DNA of 61,512 nucleotides, filler included, from Nitrospinae bacterium RIFCSPLOWO2_12_FULL_45_22 (GTDB lineage Bacteria > 2-12-FULL-45-22), in the NCBI GenBank assembly GCA_001803565.1. It is 5 parts of 5 records of this genome, joined end to end, with 100 filler letters (N's around TTAATTAATTAA, not from the genome) between each part and the next. Parts side by side here need not be neighbours in the genome. Positions count along the whole stretch, not along the records: positions 7,196 to 14,864 come from MHDQ01000249.1; positions 14,965 to 20,735 come from MHDQ01000250.1; 3 more parts are not named here. One strand, written 5' to 3'. Under the pieces are notes generated by a model. The model was not told the DNA's origin. It did not search any database and saw only the letters and a program-made list of their open reading frames with translations. Shown one piece after another: positions 10,619 through 19,379 of the stretch; position 1 is the first letter of the stretch, and every line of letters begins with the position of its first letter. The position numbers and the translations under genes were made by a program.

Positions 10619-10652
10619 ATCTGCCTGGGTAGAAGAATCTGCCCAGGCAGAT
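10619..10652 (+). other. intergenic 15-bp stem-loop (mRNA stability/attenuation candidate)
   Basis: ATCTGCCTGGGTAGA-agaa-TCTGCCCAGGCAGAT, no U-tract. Confidence 0.6.
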
Positions 10653-11214
10653 GGAAGAGGAGGAGGGCTTAGTGAAAGGCATTAGCTTTATCTTCTTTTT
10701 GGTTCTTCTGACACCTATTACTTCATCCTGGGCGGCGGTTTTTAAGTTACCCATGGAGGCAGTAAAAGAAGTCTTTCCTGAGGCCAGGGAAGTAGAAATT
10801 AAAAACATTATTTTGACTCCGGAGCAGGTGCTCAAGATAGAGAAAATTTCAAAATTAAAGATAAATGATCGGCTGGTAAGTTTCTACCTGGGAAAGAAAG
10901 GGGGCGATGTCCTTGGTTTTGCCGTCATTGATACCCATATAGTCAGGACCCAACCAGAGACCTTCCTCCTGATCATGGATAAGAGAGGAGAGGTGAAGCA
11001 CGTAGAGGTGATTGCCTTTTACGAACCCTTAGAGTATCTGCTCTCCCAGAAATGGTTAAATTTATTGATCGGTAAGGGGCTAAACGACAAACTTAGGGTT
11101 AAGGTGGACCTGCCTCATGTTACCGGGGCTACCATGTCAGCAAGAGCTATAATAGAAGCAGTGAGGAAGAATCTTGCTATCTATCAAGTAGTTTTTGGAA
11201 AGGATAAACCATGA
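10651..11214 (+). CDS. exported FMN-binding (flavinylation substrate) protein; start probably GTG 10672
   Basis: signal peptide ending SWA; VTGATMS matches [S/T]GA[S/T] flavinylation motif; W...F.GK-like context. Confidence 0.85.
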   Translation: MEEEEGLVKGISFIFFLVLLTPITSSWAAVFKLPMEAVKEVFPEAREVEIKNIILTPEQVLKIEKISKLKINDRLVSFYLGKKGGDVLGFAVIDTHIVRTQPETFLLIMDKRGEVKHVEVIAFYEPLEYLLSQKWLNLLIGKGLNDKLRVKVDLPHVTGATMSARAIIEAVRKNLAIYQVVFGKDKP

Positions 11215-11693
11215 AGTTTTTTCTCTCTCATAATTTGAAAAATAACTCCCATATTAAGCTCGTAATCCCCTTTTTTATCTCGTTTATAGTTCTCTTTCTG
11301 ATAGGGGACTGCTTATATTCCATTAATAATCTTGGCCTGACTCCTGTATCTATAACAGACTACTATAGGGGAAATGAAGAGAAGCTTTTGGAACCAAGGG
11401 GGATAGTGTTAATCCTTGAGGAAGTCCATATAAGGTCATTCCTCTTTGGATTTATGCTACTTTCCTTGTCCAGTCTTATATTGCAGACCAATATAAGCCC
11501 CATAAGTAAAAAGATATTAATTATTACCTCCTTTACTAGTGCCCTGATGGATTCGGTAGGAGGAATATTTATCGCCTACCTCAATTCCATCTTTGCTTAC
11601 CTGAAGATATTATCTCTTCTGGGCCTATACATTTCCTTAACCATAATGATCCTGATCATAATGGCCTACCTCTGGGGAGAAGAGGAGGGATAG
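11211..11693 (+). CDS. 4-TM membrane protein, paralog 1
   Basis: four hydrophobic segments; loop G.TP..I.DYYRGNEE...P....LEEVH; ATGA overlap with upstream gene. Confidence 0.75.
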   Translation: MKFFLSHNLKNNSHIKLVIPFFISFIVLFLIGDCLYSINNLGLTPVSITDYYRGNEEKLLEPRGIVLILEEVHIRSFLFGFMLLSLSSLILQTNISPISKKILIITSFTSALMDSVGGIFIAYLNSIFAYLKILSLLGLYISLTIMILIIMAYLWGEEEG

Positions 11694-11696
11694 AGA

Positions 11697-12155
11697 ATGA
11701 CTAAAGAGTCCTTACGGATAATATTGTTCTTTTTCACCATTTTCTTGATAGTTCAAGCCCTGAGTGGCATATCTCTTTTTGTGGTCAAGATAGGGTATAA
11801 TCCTGCGCATATAGCAGAGTATTTCCTGGGATCAGAAGATGAATTTATCAAGGCCAAGAGCTTTTGGGGACTTCTGGAGGTCGCTGTTCCGCACCTAGTT
11901 GGGATAAGTATTTATATCCTGGTTATGGGGCATTTCCTTTTTCTCTTTCCCCTCAAGAAAGGACTTATCGTCAGTGTCACTTATTTGGCTTCCTTAGGTG
12001 ATGTGCTAAGTGGTTTCTTAATAAGATATGGCGGGGCTTTTTTTTCTCCTTTTAAGATTTTATTCTTTGTCCTCTTTGAGCTAACAATTTGTTATTTCAT
12101 CGGGATGTTAGTGATCGCACTTTTTCAAGATAAGTTTTTCCCCGATAGGGTTTAA
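11697..12155 (+). CDS. 4-TM membrane protein, paralog 2
   Basis: four hydrophobic segments; loop G.NP..I.EYFLGSED.......LEVAVPH...MGHF. Confidence 0.75.
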   Translation: MTKESLRIILFFFTIFLIVQALSGISLFVVKIGYNPAHIAEYFLGSEDEFIKAKSFWGLLEVAVPHLVGISIYILVMGHFLFLFPLKKGLIVSVTYLASLGDVLSGFLIRYGGAFFSPFKILFFVLFELTICYFIGMLVIALFQDKFFPDRV

Positions 12156-12168
12156 TCATTTCGTTACT

Positions 12169-12591
12169 TCAGCGGCATTTGGTGCAATAGCCGAAAATCT
12201 GCAAGCAGTGGGAATCAGGGGTAAAATCATAATCTGTGCAGACTCGTTCTTGGATCTCTTCTATGGTAGGGTTGCTAAATTCCAGCACACTACCGCATTT
12301 AAGGCAGACCAGATGGTCATGGTGTTTATGACCATAGGTATGTTCGTAGTGGGTATGCTCTTCCCCGAAGCTAATCTTTCTTACCAGTTGGCTATTTACT
12401 AAGAGCTCCAGGGTGCGATAGATAGTAGCCCGCGATACCCGGATGTCTTTTTTCTTTAACCGGAAGAGGAGGTCATCGGCTTCAAAATGATCATGGGAGG
12501 CAAATACTTCCTCTAATATGGCCTTCCTCTCCGGAGTCCATTTCATCTTCTTCTCTGCCAGGAACTTATGGAAGAGCTCAATGTTTTCCAA
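12169..12591 (-). CDS. fur: Fur-family metalloregulator
   Basis: T.ER..IL, VSRATIYRTL, HHDHLVCLKCG, CTKC. Confidence 0.93.
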   Translation of the reverse strand: MENIELFHKFLAEKKMKWTPERKAILEEVFASHDHFEADDLLFRLKKKDIRVSRATIYRTLELLVNSQLVRKISFGEEHTHYEHTYGHKHHDHLVCLKCGSVLEFSNPTIEEIQERVCTDYDFTPDSHCLQIFGYCTKCR

Positions 12592-12596
12592 AAAGA

Positions 12597-13382
12597 TTAG
12601 CCCCCAAGTTCTTGTTGGGCAAAGAGGGCCGCCCCTAAGGCGCCAAATAGTTGAGGATCGGTGGTGTAGGTAGGAATCTTGGTCTTTATCTTGTCCTCAA
12701 TCATCTTAACTACCCCGATATTCTTGGCTACCCCACCCGAGATCACTACGTCTTCTTCAATCCCTATTCGATAAAGCATAGATACCAGCCGGTTAGCTAC
12801 AGAATGGTTTATACCAGCCAGGATATCTATCGGGTCTTTCTTCTCGGCAATGAGGGAGATAACCTCTGACTCGGCAAAGACACTGCATTGGCTGCTGATC
12901 TCAACTATCTCTTTGGCTTTGAGAGAAATCTTACCCATTTCTTCCAGCTTTACATCTAAGATGCGAGCCATAGTCTCCAGGAACTTGCCGGTGCCAGCCG
13001 CACACTTATCATTCAGGACAAAGTCTTTTACTACGCCATGCTTATCTATCTTGATTACCTTGGCATCCTGACCGCCGATATCAATCACGGTGCGGGCTTT
13101 ATTATTGTTCCAGAAGGCCCCTTTACCGTGGCAAGCGATCTCAGTAACTATCTTTTTTGCAAAAGGTATATCTACCCTCCCATAGCCGGTACCAATTGTT
13201 AGATTGATATCGTTCATGGTAACGTTTTTCCCTTTCAGAGCCTTTTCCATGGCATTCTTAGCCGTCACATCTGACAGTGGGTCATTAGGAACGATACTGT
13301 GGGCAACAATCTTGCCATCCTGCAAAATGACTACTTTTCCTGAGGTTGAGCCTACATCACAGCCTGCAACTAACATTCTCAC
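12597..13382 (-). CDS. acyl-CoA dehydratase activase (HgdC/BadF/BcrAD ATPase family)
   Basis: GCDVGSTSGK, TGYGR, EIACH, IDIGGQDAK, NDKCAAGTG, CSVFAESE, SGGVAKN, GALGAA. Confidence 0.92.
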   Translation of the reverse strand: MRMLVAGCDVGSTSGKVVILQDGKIVAHSIVPNDPLSDVTAKNAMEKALKGKNVTMNDINLTIGTGYGRVDIPFAKKIVTEIACHGKGAFWNNNKARTVIDIGGQDAKVIKIDKHGVVKDFVLNDKCAAGTGKFLETMARILDVKLEEMGKISLKAKEIVEISSQCSVFAESEVISLIAEKKDPIDILAGINHSVANRLVSMLYRIGIEEDVVISGGVAKNIGVVKMIEDKIKTKIPTYTTDPQLFGALGAALFAQQELGG

Positions 13383-13515
13383 TTCCTCCTATAAAGACTG
13401 GATTCTAAATCATTGATAAATTAGCGTTTAGGGAAATTCCCTCCTTTAAGATAATTTTTTATCTTAATAACAAAAGCTAATGGGAATGTCAAGGAGAAAA
13501 GGCACAAAAAAAACC

Positions 13516-13633
13516 ACGGTAACGTCAAAGTGATCCTGAGCATCCCCTGTAACTCAACCCTTCAGGGTTGATCTGTCAAGGCTAAAGCCTTGAGTTACCC
13601 AATCGACTTCTAAGATGACTTCGACGTGGCCCT
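13516..13633. mobile_element. MITE with 14-bp flanking direct repeat and internal REP hairpin pair
   Basis: GCACAAAAAAAACC at 13502-13515 and 13634-13647; imperfect TIR ACGGTAACGTCAAAGTGATC / GATGACTTCGACGTGGCCCT; internal GTAACTCAACCCTTCAGGGTTG...CAAGGCTAAAGCCTTGAGTTAC. Confidence 0.75.
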
Positions 13634-13676
13634 GCACAAAAAAAACCATTGACAAGCAGTTTCAAGTCGGTAAATA

Positions 13677-14756
13677 ATGGCCCATCAAGGAGGAGATAGC
13701 TCTACCAGTGGGGGTGTTATGTCTCAATCTAGTTATTCCGGTGAGTCCTTAAGGAATTTTAGTTGGTCTCTATTACATAAAGGGAGATGGGCCCAGGCGG
13801 ACGTCTATCTGATCCCATTTAACGGTAGACTAGCGGTGGTAAAAGATTATCGTTCCCGTCGCCGCCTGATAAGGTTTATGGCAAGGGTTATTTTGATCGA
13901 GAGGGAAATAGCTATTTATAAGCGATTAGAGGGGATTTTAGGAGTTCCGGAGGTTTATGGCAAGTTGGGTAAATATGACTTTATCCTGGAGTATAAAGAA
14001 GGTAAGACCCTTTCTAAATTCCAGCCCGGCCAATTGCCGGCCCAGTTTTTTGATCAGTTAGAGGGTATAATTGGACAGATGCACCAGCGAGGGGTAGTTC
14101 ATTGTGATATTAGGCGGAAAAATGTACTGGTATCGTCAGAATATATGCCCTGGGTGATAGATTTTAATACTGGTTTTTATAAAAAGAAGGGCTATAATCT
14201 TATCAACCGGCTATTTTTCCCTATATTTTGTCGCCTGGATCGGCAGGCCTTTTTGAAGTTAAAAAGTTCTTTAGCCTCCCAACTCATTACTGACAAAGAG
14301 CGAGTTTGTTTAGAAAAGGAGATTTTTTTACATCAGTTAGGCAGGTGGCTCAGGAAAAGGGTCTATCGGAAGGTAAAACGACAATGGAAAAAGAGAAACT
14401 CCCTCTGTCCCCCAGCTATTCATGCCTGGGAAAAGGGGTATACTTCTGATCCGTATAATATCTTGTTAAACCTGGTAAGGGGTCTAATGTTACGGGGATA
14501 TATCTTAGAAAAGATCATAAAAATTGGTATGAGCCTGAATATCAATCATGGGGTAATAATAAGAGACGAAAAGGGCTTGATAGATTATATAAAGGCTTGC
14601 TACCGACAGGTATTAGGAGAGTATAAAGAAAAAACCTGTGCTGACTATTTTTGCTTATTTCTAAAGGAACAAGCTTTCTGTAAACGAGAACTTTGTCATT
14701 GTGGATGGAGAGAGTCCTTCCAAGATTCCTTTCGCCCTATTAGGGACGACTATTAA
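13677..14756 (+). CDS. Kdo/RIO-like kinase with Cys-rich C-terminal domain
   Basis: VVKDY, RE...Y, HQRGVVHCDI..KNVL, IDF; tail CPP...C.4.C.8.C.4.CHC. Confidence 0.75.
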   Translation: MAHQGGDSSTSGGVMSQSSYSGESLRNFSWSLLHKGRWAQADVYLIPFNGRLAVVKDYRSRRRLIRFMARVILIEREIAIYKRLEGILGVPEVYGKLGKYDFILEYKEGKTLSKFQPGQLPAQFFDQLEGIIGQMHQRGVVHCDIRRKNVLVSSEYMPWVIDFNTGFYKKKGYNLINRLFFPIFCRLDRQAFLKLKSSLASQLITDKERVCLEKEIFLHQLGRWLRKRVYRKVKRQWKKRNSLCPPAIHAWEKGYTSDPYNILLNLVRGLMLRGYILEKIIKIGMSLNINHGVIIRDEKGLIDYIKACYRQVLGEYKEKTCADYFCLFLKEQAFCKRELCHCGWRESFQDSFRPIRDDY

Positions 14757-14864
14757 TTTGACATTGTCACATTACTATACTTTCGCACTTTTTGATTTCT
14801 GACACTTAATTATGCATTAAATTATTGAAATATTTATGGAAAGAAGATATCTTACCTCCAGATA

Positions 14865-14964
14865 NNNNNNNNNNNNNNNNNNNNNNNNNNNNNNNNNNNN
14901 NNNNNNNNTTAATTAATTAANNNNNNNNNNNNNNNNNNNNNNNNNNNNNNNNNNNNNNNNNNNN
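14865..14964. other. artificial contig linker
   Basis: N44-TTAATTAATTAA-N44. Confidence 0.97.
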
Positions 14965-14965
14965 C

Positions 14966-16195
14966 CTGATAAAAGAGCATGGTAGTAAAGTCATATCACA
15001 GGTAACAGTAGAACAGGCCTATGGTGGGATGCGAGGGGTAAAAGGTCTAGTTTGTGATACTTCTTTGGTAGAGCCTGACACCGGACTGGTTATTCGTGGT
15101 ATCCCCATCCTAGAACTAACCGACAAGTTACCCGAAGAGATATTATATCTATTATTAACTGGTGAGCTCCCGGACAGGGCAGCCCTCAACTCGCTCCAGT
15201 CCGAACTTAAGGAAAGGTCAGAGGTACCAGCCTATGTCTGGGATGTATTGAAGGCCATGCCGCCAGACTCACATCCTATGGCCATGTTGAATACAGCCAT
15301 CCTGGTAATGGAGAGAGAGTCTATCTTTCGGAAGCGATATACCGAAGGAATAAGGCGTGAAGAGTATTGGGAAGTTATGTTAGAAGATTGTCTAACACTT
15401 ATTGCCCGGCTCCCCGCCGTCGCAGCCGCCATCTATCGGCAGCGATACAATAAAGGGCCACGCATTCCTTCGGATAAAAAACTGGATTGGGGAGCAGATT
15501 ATGCCCATATGACCGGTATCCCTGACCCAACGGGCAACTTTGCCAGGCTGATGCAGTTATATCTTACCCTGCATAGCGACCATGAGAGCGGCAATGTCAG
15601 CGCCTTTACTACCCATACCGTAGGCTCTGCCCTATCAGATGCCTATTATGCCCTCTCAGCAGGCCTGAATGGCTTAGCTGGCCCCTTGCATGGTCTGGCT
15701 AACCAGGAATGCCTGGGCTGGATCATCATGGTCAAAGAGAAATTTGGGAGGGTGCCAACCAATGAGCAACTGGAAAAGTTTGCCTGGGAGACACTGAACT
15801 CGGGTAAGGTAGTCCCGGGTTATGGTCACGCCGTTTTGAGGATTACGGACCCGCGCTTTGATGCCTTCATGGCCTTTGGCAAGAAGTATTGCGCTGATGA
15901 CCCGGTATTCCAGCTTGTGGCAAAAGTATTCGATGTAGTGCCAGAGGTTCTTAAGCAGGTACAGAAGATCAAAGACCCCTGGCCCAATGTGGACGCTATC
16001 TCTGGCTCACTCCTGCATCACTTTGGCATGACCGAGTTTGATTACTATACGGTCTTGTTCAGTATCTCCCGGGCCCTGGGTGTATGCTCCCAACTGGTAA
16101 TCAGCCGGGGTATTCAATCGGCCATTGTGCGGCCCAAGTCCGTCACCACAGAATGGATAAAAAAGACAGTTGGGGAGCAGATTATGCCCATATGA
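14966..16195 (+). CDS. gltA: citrate (Si)-synthase, eukaryote-like type (5' partial; last residues altered by duplication junction)
   Basis: YGGMRG, LHSDHESGNVSA, GLNGLAGPLHGLANQE, VPGYGHAVLR.TDPR, PWPNVDA.SG. Confidence 0.93.
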   Translation: MIKEHGSKVISQVTVEQAYGGMRGVKGLVCDTSLVEPDTGLVIRGIPILELTDKLPEEILYLLLTGELPDRAALNSLQSELKERSEVPAYVWDVLKAMPPDSHPMAMLNTAILVMERESIFRKRYTEGIRREEYWEVMLEDCLTLIARLPAVAAAIYRQRYNKGPRIPSDKKLDWGADYAHMTGIPDPTGNFARLMQLYLTLHSDHESGNVSAFTTHTVGSALSDAYYALSAGLNGLAGPLHGLANQECLGWIIMVKEKFGRVPTNEQLEKFAWETLNSGKVVPGYGHAVLRITDPRFDAFMAFGKKYCADDPVFQLVAKVFDVVPEVLKQVQKIKDPWPNVDAISGSLLHHFGMTEFDYYTVLFSISRALGVCSQLVISRGIQSAIVRPKSVTTEWIKKTVGEQIMPI

Positions 16196-16853
16196 CCGGT
16201 ATCCCTGACCCAACGGGCAACTTTGCCAGGCTGATGCAGTTATATCTTACCCTGCATAGCGACCATGAGAGCGGCAATGTCAGCGCCTTTACTACCCATA
16301 CCGTAGGCTCTGCCCTATCAGATGCCTATTATGCCCTCTCAGCAGGCCTGAATGGCTTAGCTGGCCCCTTGCATGGTCTGGCTAACCAGGAATGCCTGGG
16401 CTGGATCATCATGGTCAAAGAGAAATTTGGGAGGGTGCCAACCAATGAGCAACTGGAAAAGTTTGCCTGGGAGACACTGAACTCGGGTAAGGTAGTCCCG
16501 GGTTATGGTCACGCCGTTTTGAGGATTACGGACCCGCGCTTTGATGCCTTCATGGCCTTTGGCAAGAAGTATTGCGCTGATGACCCGGTATTCCAGCTTG
16601 TGGCAAAAGTATTCGATGTAGTGCCAGAGGTTCTTAAGCAGGTACAGAAGATCAAAGACCCCTGGCCCAATGTGGACGCTATCTCTGGCTCACTCCTGCA
16701 TCACTTTGGCATGACCGAGTTTGATTACTATACGGTCTTGTTCAGTATCTCCCGGGCCCTGGGTGTATGCTCCCAACTGGTAATCAGCCGGGGTATTCAA
16801 TCGGCCATTGTGCGGCCCAAGTCCGTCACCACAGAATGGATAAAAAAGACAGT
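15487..16853 (+). repeat. exact 683-bp tandem duplication of gltA 3' half
   Basis: 15487-16169 repeated at 16170-16852; second copy ends with native KKTVGAA* (16866). Confidence 0.95.
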
Positions 16854-16929
16854 AGGAGCAGCATAGTAGTATATCGTTCTATAAATAACGTTGCATAACT
16901 CAAAATTGGTACATAAATCATTGCCACGT

Positions 16930-17060
16930 TAATGAGTTCCCACTGAAAAATGATATGTCGAGCAAGCTCGACCACTACATACATTGGGGAAATCAGTCTA
17001 ATACAACGATATGTAGTGGCAAAGCTTGCTTTGCAAGGATTTTTCAGTGACGACTAATTA
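16930..17060. mobile_element. MITE-like element enclosing GTAG-type REPs
   Basis: ends TAATGAGTTCCCACTGAAAAAT / ATTTTTCAGTGACGACTAATTA; internal TCGAGCAAGCTCGACCACTAC and GTAGTGGCAAAGCTTGCTTTGC. Confidence 0.6.
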
Positions 17061-17083
17061 GGAAACGATCAAGGGGGTTATGG

Positions 17084-18286
17084 ATGAATATTGAAGCGAT
17101 CAAAAAGGCGAAGGAGCATTTTGGCGGACTTCTTGAGGAACAACTGAGGCGGGTGGAGCAGATAAAGGCTGCGGGAGACTGGATTGACTATCAGACCCTT
17201 AAGCCGATCATTATCGGTATCCTCGGCGGGGACGGCATCGGGCCATACATAGCTAACGAGGCCCAGCGGGTCCTGGAGTTCTTGTTAAAGGATGAACAAA
17301 AGAGTGGTAAGGTTGAGTTTAGAATCATAGAAGGGCTAACTATTGAGAATCGAGCCGCGAAAATGAAGCCCATTCCGGACGATGTTCTGAAGGAGATCAG
17401 GAAGTGCCACGTCACCCTGAAGGGGCCCACAACTACCCCCAGAAAAGGAGACCCCTGGCCTAATATTGAGAGTTGTAATGTGGCAATGCGTAAGGAGCTT
17501 GATCTATTTGCCAATGTCCGGCCAGTAAGGATCCCCAGGGAAGGTGTTGATTGGATGTTTTTCAGAGAGAATACTGAGGATCTCTATGCTCTTGGCAGCC
17601 AGGGGATCAATGTGACCGATGACCTTGCGGTAGATTTCAAGGTCATCACCACCCAGGGGTCGGAACGGATTATAAGGATGGCCTTCGAATACGCAAAGAG
17701 AAGGGGGATCAACCAGGTAACCATTGTGACCAAGGCAAACGTGATAAAGACCACTGATGGCAAGTTCCTCAGCGTTGGTCAGCAGGTTGCCAGGGAATAC
17801 CCTGAAATCAATTGCGATGACTGGTATATTGACATCATGACGGCCAAGCTGATTGATCCCAAGCGGCGGAATCAATTTAAGGTCATTGTCCTACCGAACC
17901 TTTATGGCGATATAATTACTGATGAGGCAGCGGAGATGCAAGGTGGAGTGGGGACTGCGGGCGCCGCCAATATTGGGAAACGCTATGCCATGTTTGAAGC
18001 TATTCATGGAAGCGCCCCACGTATGGTGGAGGAGGGTCGCGCACAATATGCAGACCCTGCCAGCATGATCAGAGGTAGTGCCATGTTACTCAGCCATATC
18101 GGCTATGAGGAGCGGGCCAATAAGTTAGAAATGGCCCTTGATATCTGTGGCCAATACGAAAAAAAGTTAGTCATGACCGGTAGACCCGGGGGTGCAACCG
18201 GAAGGGAATTTTGTGATTATCTGATGGGAACCCTGCAAGACCCTGAGCTAAAGAGCAAGTGGCAGGGTTTTGTGACCGGCAATTGA
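17084..18286 (+). CDS. icd: isocitrate/isopropylmalate dehydrogenase family; probably isocitrate dehydrogenase by context
   Basis: GDGIGP, KGPTTTP, DLFANVRP, RENTE, KANVIK, NLYGDIITD, FEAIHGSAP; between gltA and mdh. Confidence 0.75.
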   Translation: MNIEAIKKAKEHFGGLLEEQLRRVEQIKAAGDWIDYQTLKPIIIGILGGDGIGPYIANEAQRVLEFLLKDEQKSGKVEFRIIEGLTIENRAAKMKPIPDDVLKEIRKCHVTLKGPTTTPRKGDPWPNIESCNVAMRKELDLFANVRPVRIPREGVDWMFFRENTEDLYALGSQGINVTDDLAVDFKVITTQGSERIIRMAFEYAKRRGINQVTIVTKANVIKTTDGKFLSVGQQVAREYPEINCDDWYIDIMTAKLIDPKRRNQFKVIVLPNLYGDIITDEAAEMQGGVGTAGAANIGKRYAMFEAIHGSAPRMVEEGRAQYADPASMIRGSAMLLSHIGYEERANKLEMALDICGQYEKKLVMTGRPGGATGREFCDYLMGTLQDPELKSKWQGFVTGN

Positions 18287-18309
18287 CCAACCCACCATAG
18301 GAGGTCATT

Positions 18310-19236
18310 ATGGAAAAAAAGATAACTGTAGTAGGAGCTGGGCAGGTAGGTGGTACTACAGCCCTAATGTTAGCCCAGGAAGAGCTTGGTGATGTAGTTT
18401 TAGTTGATGTCGTAGAAGGCTTATCAGAAGGTAAGGCCCTGGATATTATGGAAGGACGGCCTATTTGGGGTAGTGATGTAAAGTTGATTGGCACCGCAGA
18501 TTATGCTGCTACGGCTGGCTCAGACCTGGTTATTATTACCTCAGGCATGGCCCGCAAGCCCGGTATGAGCCGGGAAGACCTCATAGATGCCAATAAAAAG
18601 ATCGTCGAAGGAGTAACCAAAGAAATTGCTAAACACTCCCCCAATTGTATCATCATTATGGTGGCTAACCCATTAGATACTATGACTTATCTGGCTAAGA
18701 AGATAAGTGGCTTCCCGAAGAATCAAGTCTTTGGCCAGGCAGGTATACTGGATACTGCAAGGTTTAGGACATTTCTGGCTATGGAGCTTAAGGTATCAGT
18801 AGAGGATATCCAGGCCCTGGTATTGGGTGGCCATGGTGACGAAATGGTGCCTCTAATTAGCTATACCACGGTCGCAGGCATCCCTATCACATTCTTTCTC
18901 TCCCAGGAACAGATCCAAAAGATCGCCCAGCGTACCCAAAAAGCTGGTGGTGAGATAGTAGCCCTATTGAAGACCGGTAGCGCTTATTATTCACCAGCAG
19001 CCGCTGCCGTACAGATGGCCGAGGCTATCCTAAAAGATAAGAAACGGATCCTTCCTTGTTCTGCTTATCTGGAAGGGGAATATGGCCTCAATGATATATA
19101 TTTCGGGGTGCCAGTCAAGCTAGGCTCAAGGGGTGCAGAACAAGTAATTGAGGTAAAGTTAACCCCCGAAGAGCAAGAAGCAGTCAAGCGGTCAGCCGAA
19201 TCGGTTCGGAGTAGTATAGCAAGCTTAAAGCTTTGA
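18310..19236 (+). CDS. mdh: malate dehydrogenase (LDH-like)
   Basis: [44 protein letters not shown]. Confidence 0.95.
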   Translation: MEKKITVVGAGQVGGTTALMLAQEELGDVVLVDVVEGLSEGKALDIMEGRPIWGSDVKLIGTADYAATAGSDLVIITSGMARKPGMSREDLIDANKKIVEGVTKEIAKHSPNCIIIMVANPLDTMTYLAKKISGFPKNQVFGQAGILDTARFRTFLAMELKVSVEDIQALVLGGHGDEMVPLISYTTVAGIPITFFLSQEQIQKIAQRTQKAGGEIVALLKTGSAYYSPAAAAVQMAEAILKDKKRILPCSAYLEGEYGLNDIYFGVPVKLGSRGAEQVIEVKLTPEEQEAVKRSAESVRSSIASLKL

Positions 19237-19379
19237 GCAGCAACTATAATAACTAACGTCATTAGTCATTGACCAGGGTAGGTTATAGGGCTTTAAACTA
19301 GTGACTAATGACCAGTGACCAATGATGTTCCCTATAATTGGGAATTTCTTTAACATTCTGGAGAGAAGGGAGAAAATAA

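Noticed and set aside
16084-16866. Second citrate synthase ORF
   Set aside because: Product of the exact 683-bp duplication; its N-terminus is off-frame sequence, not a real paralog
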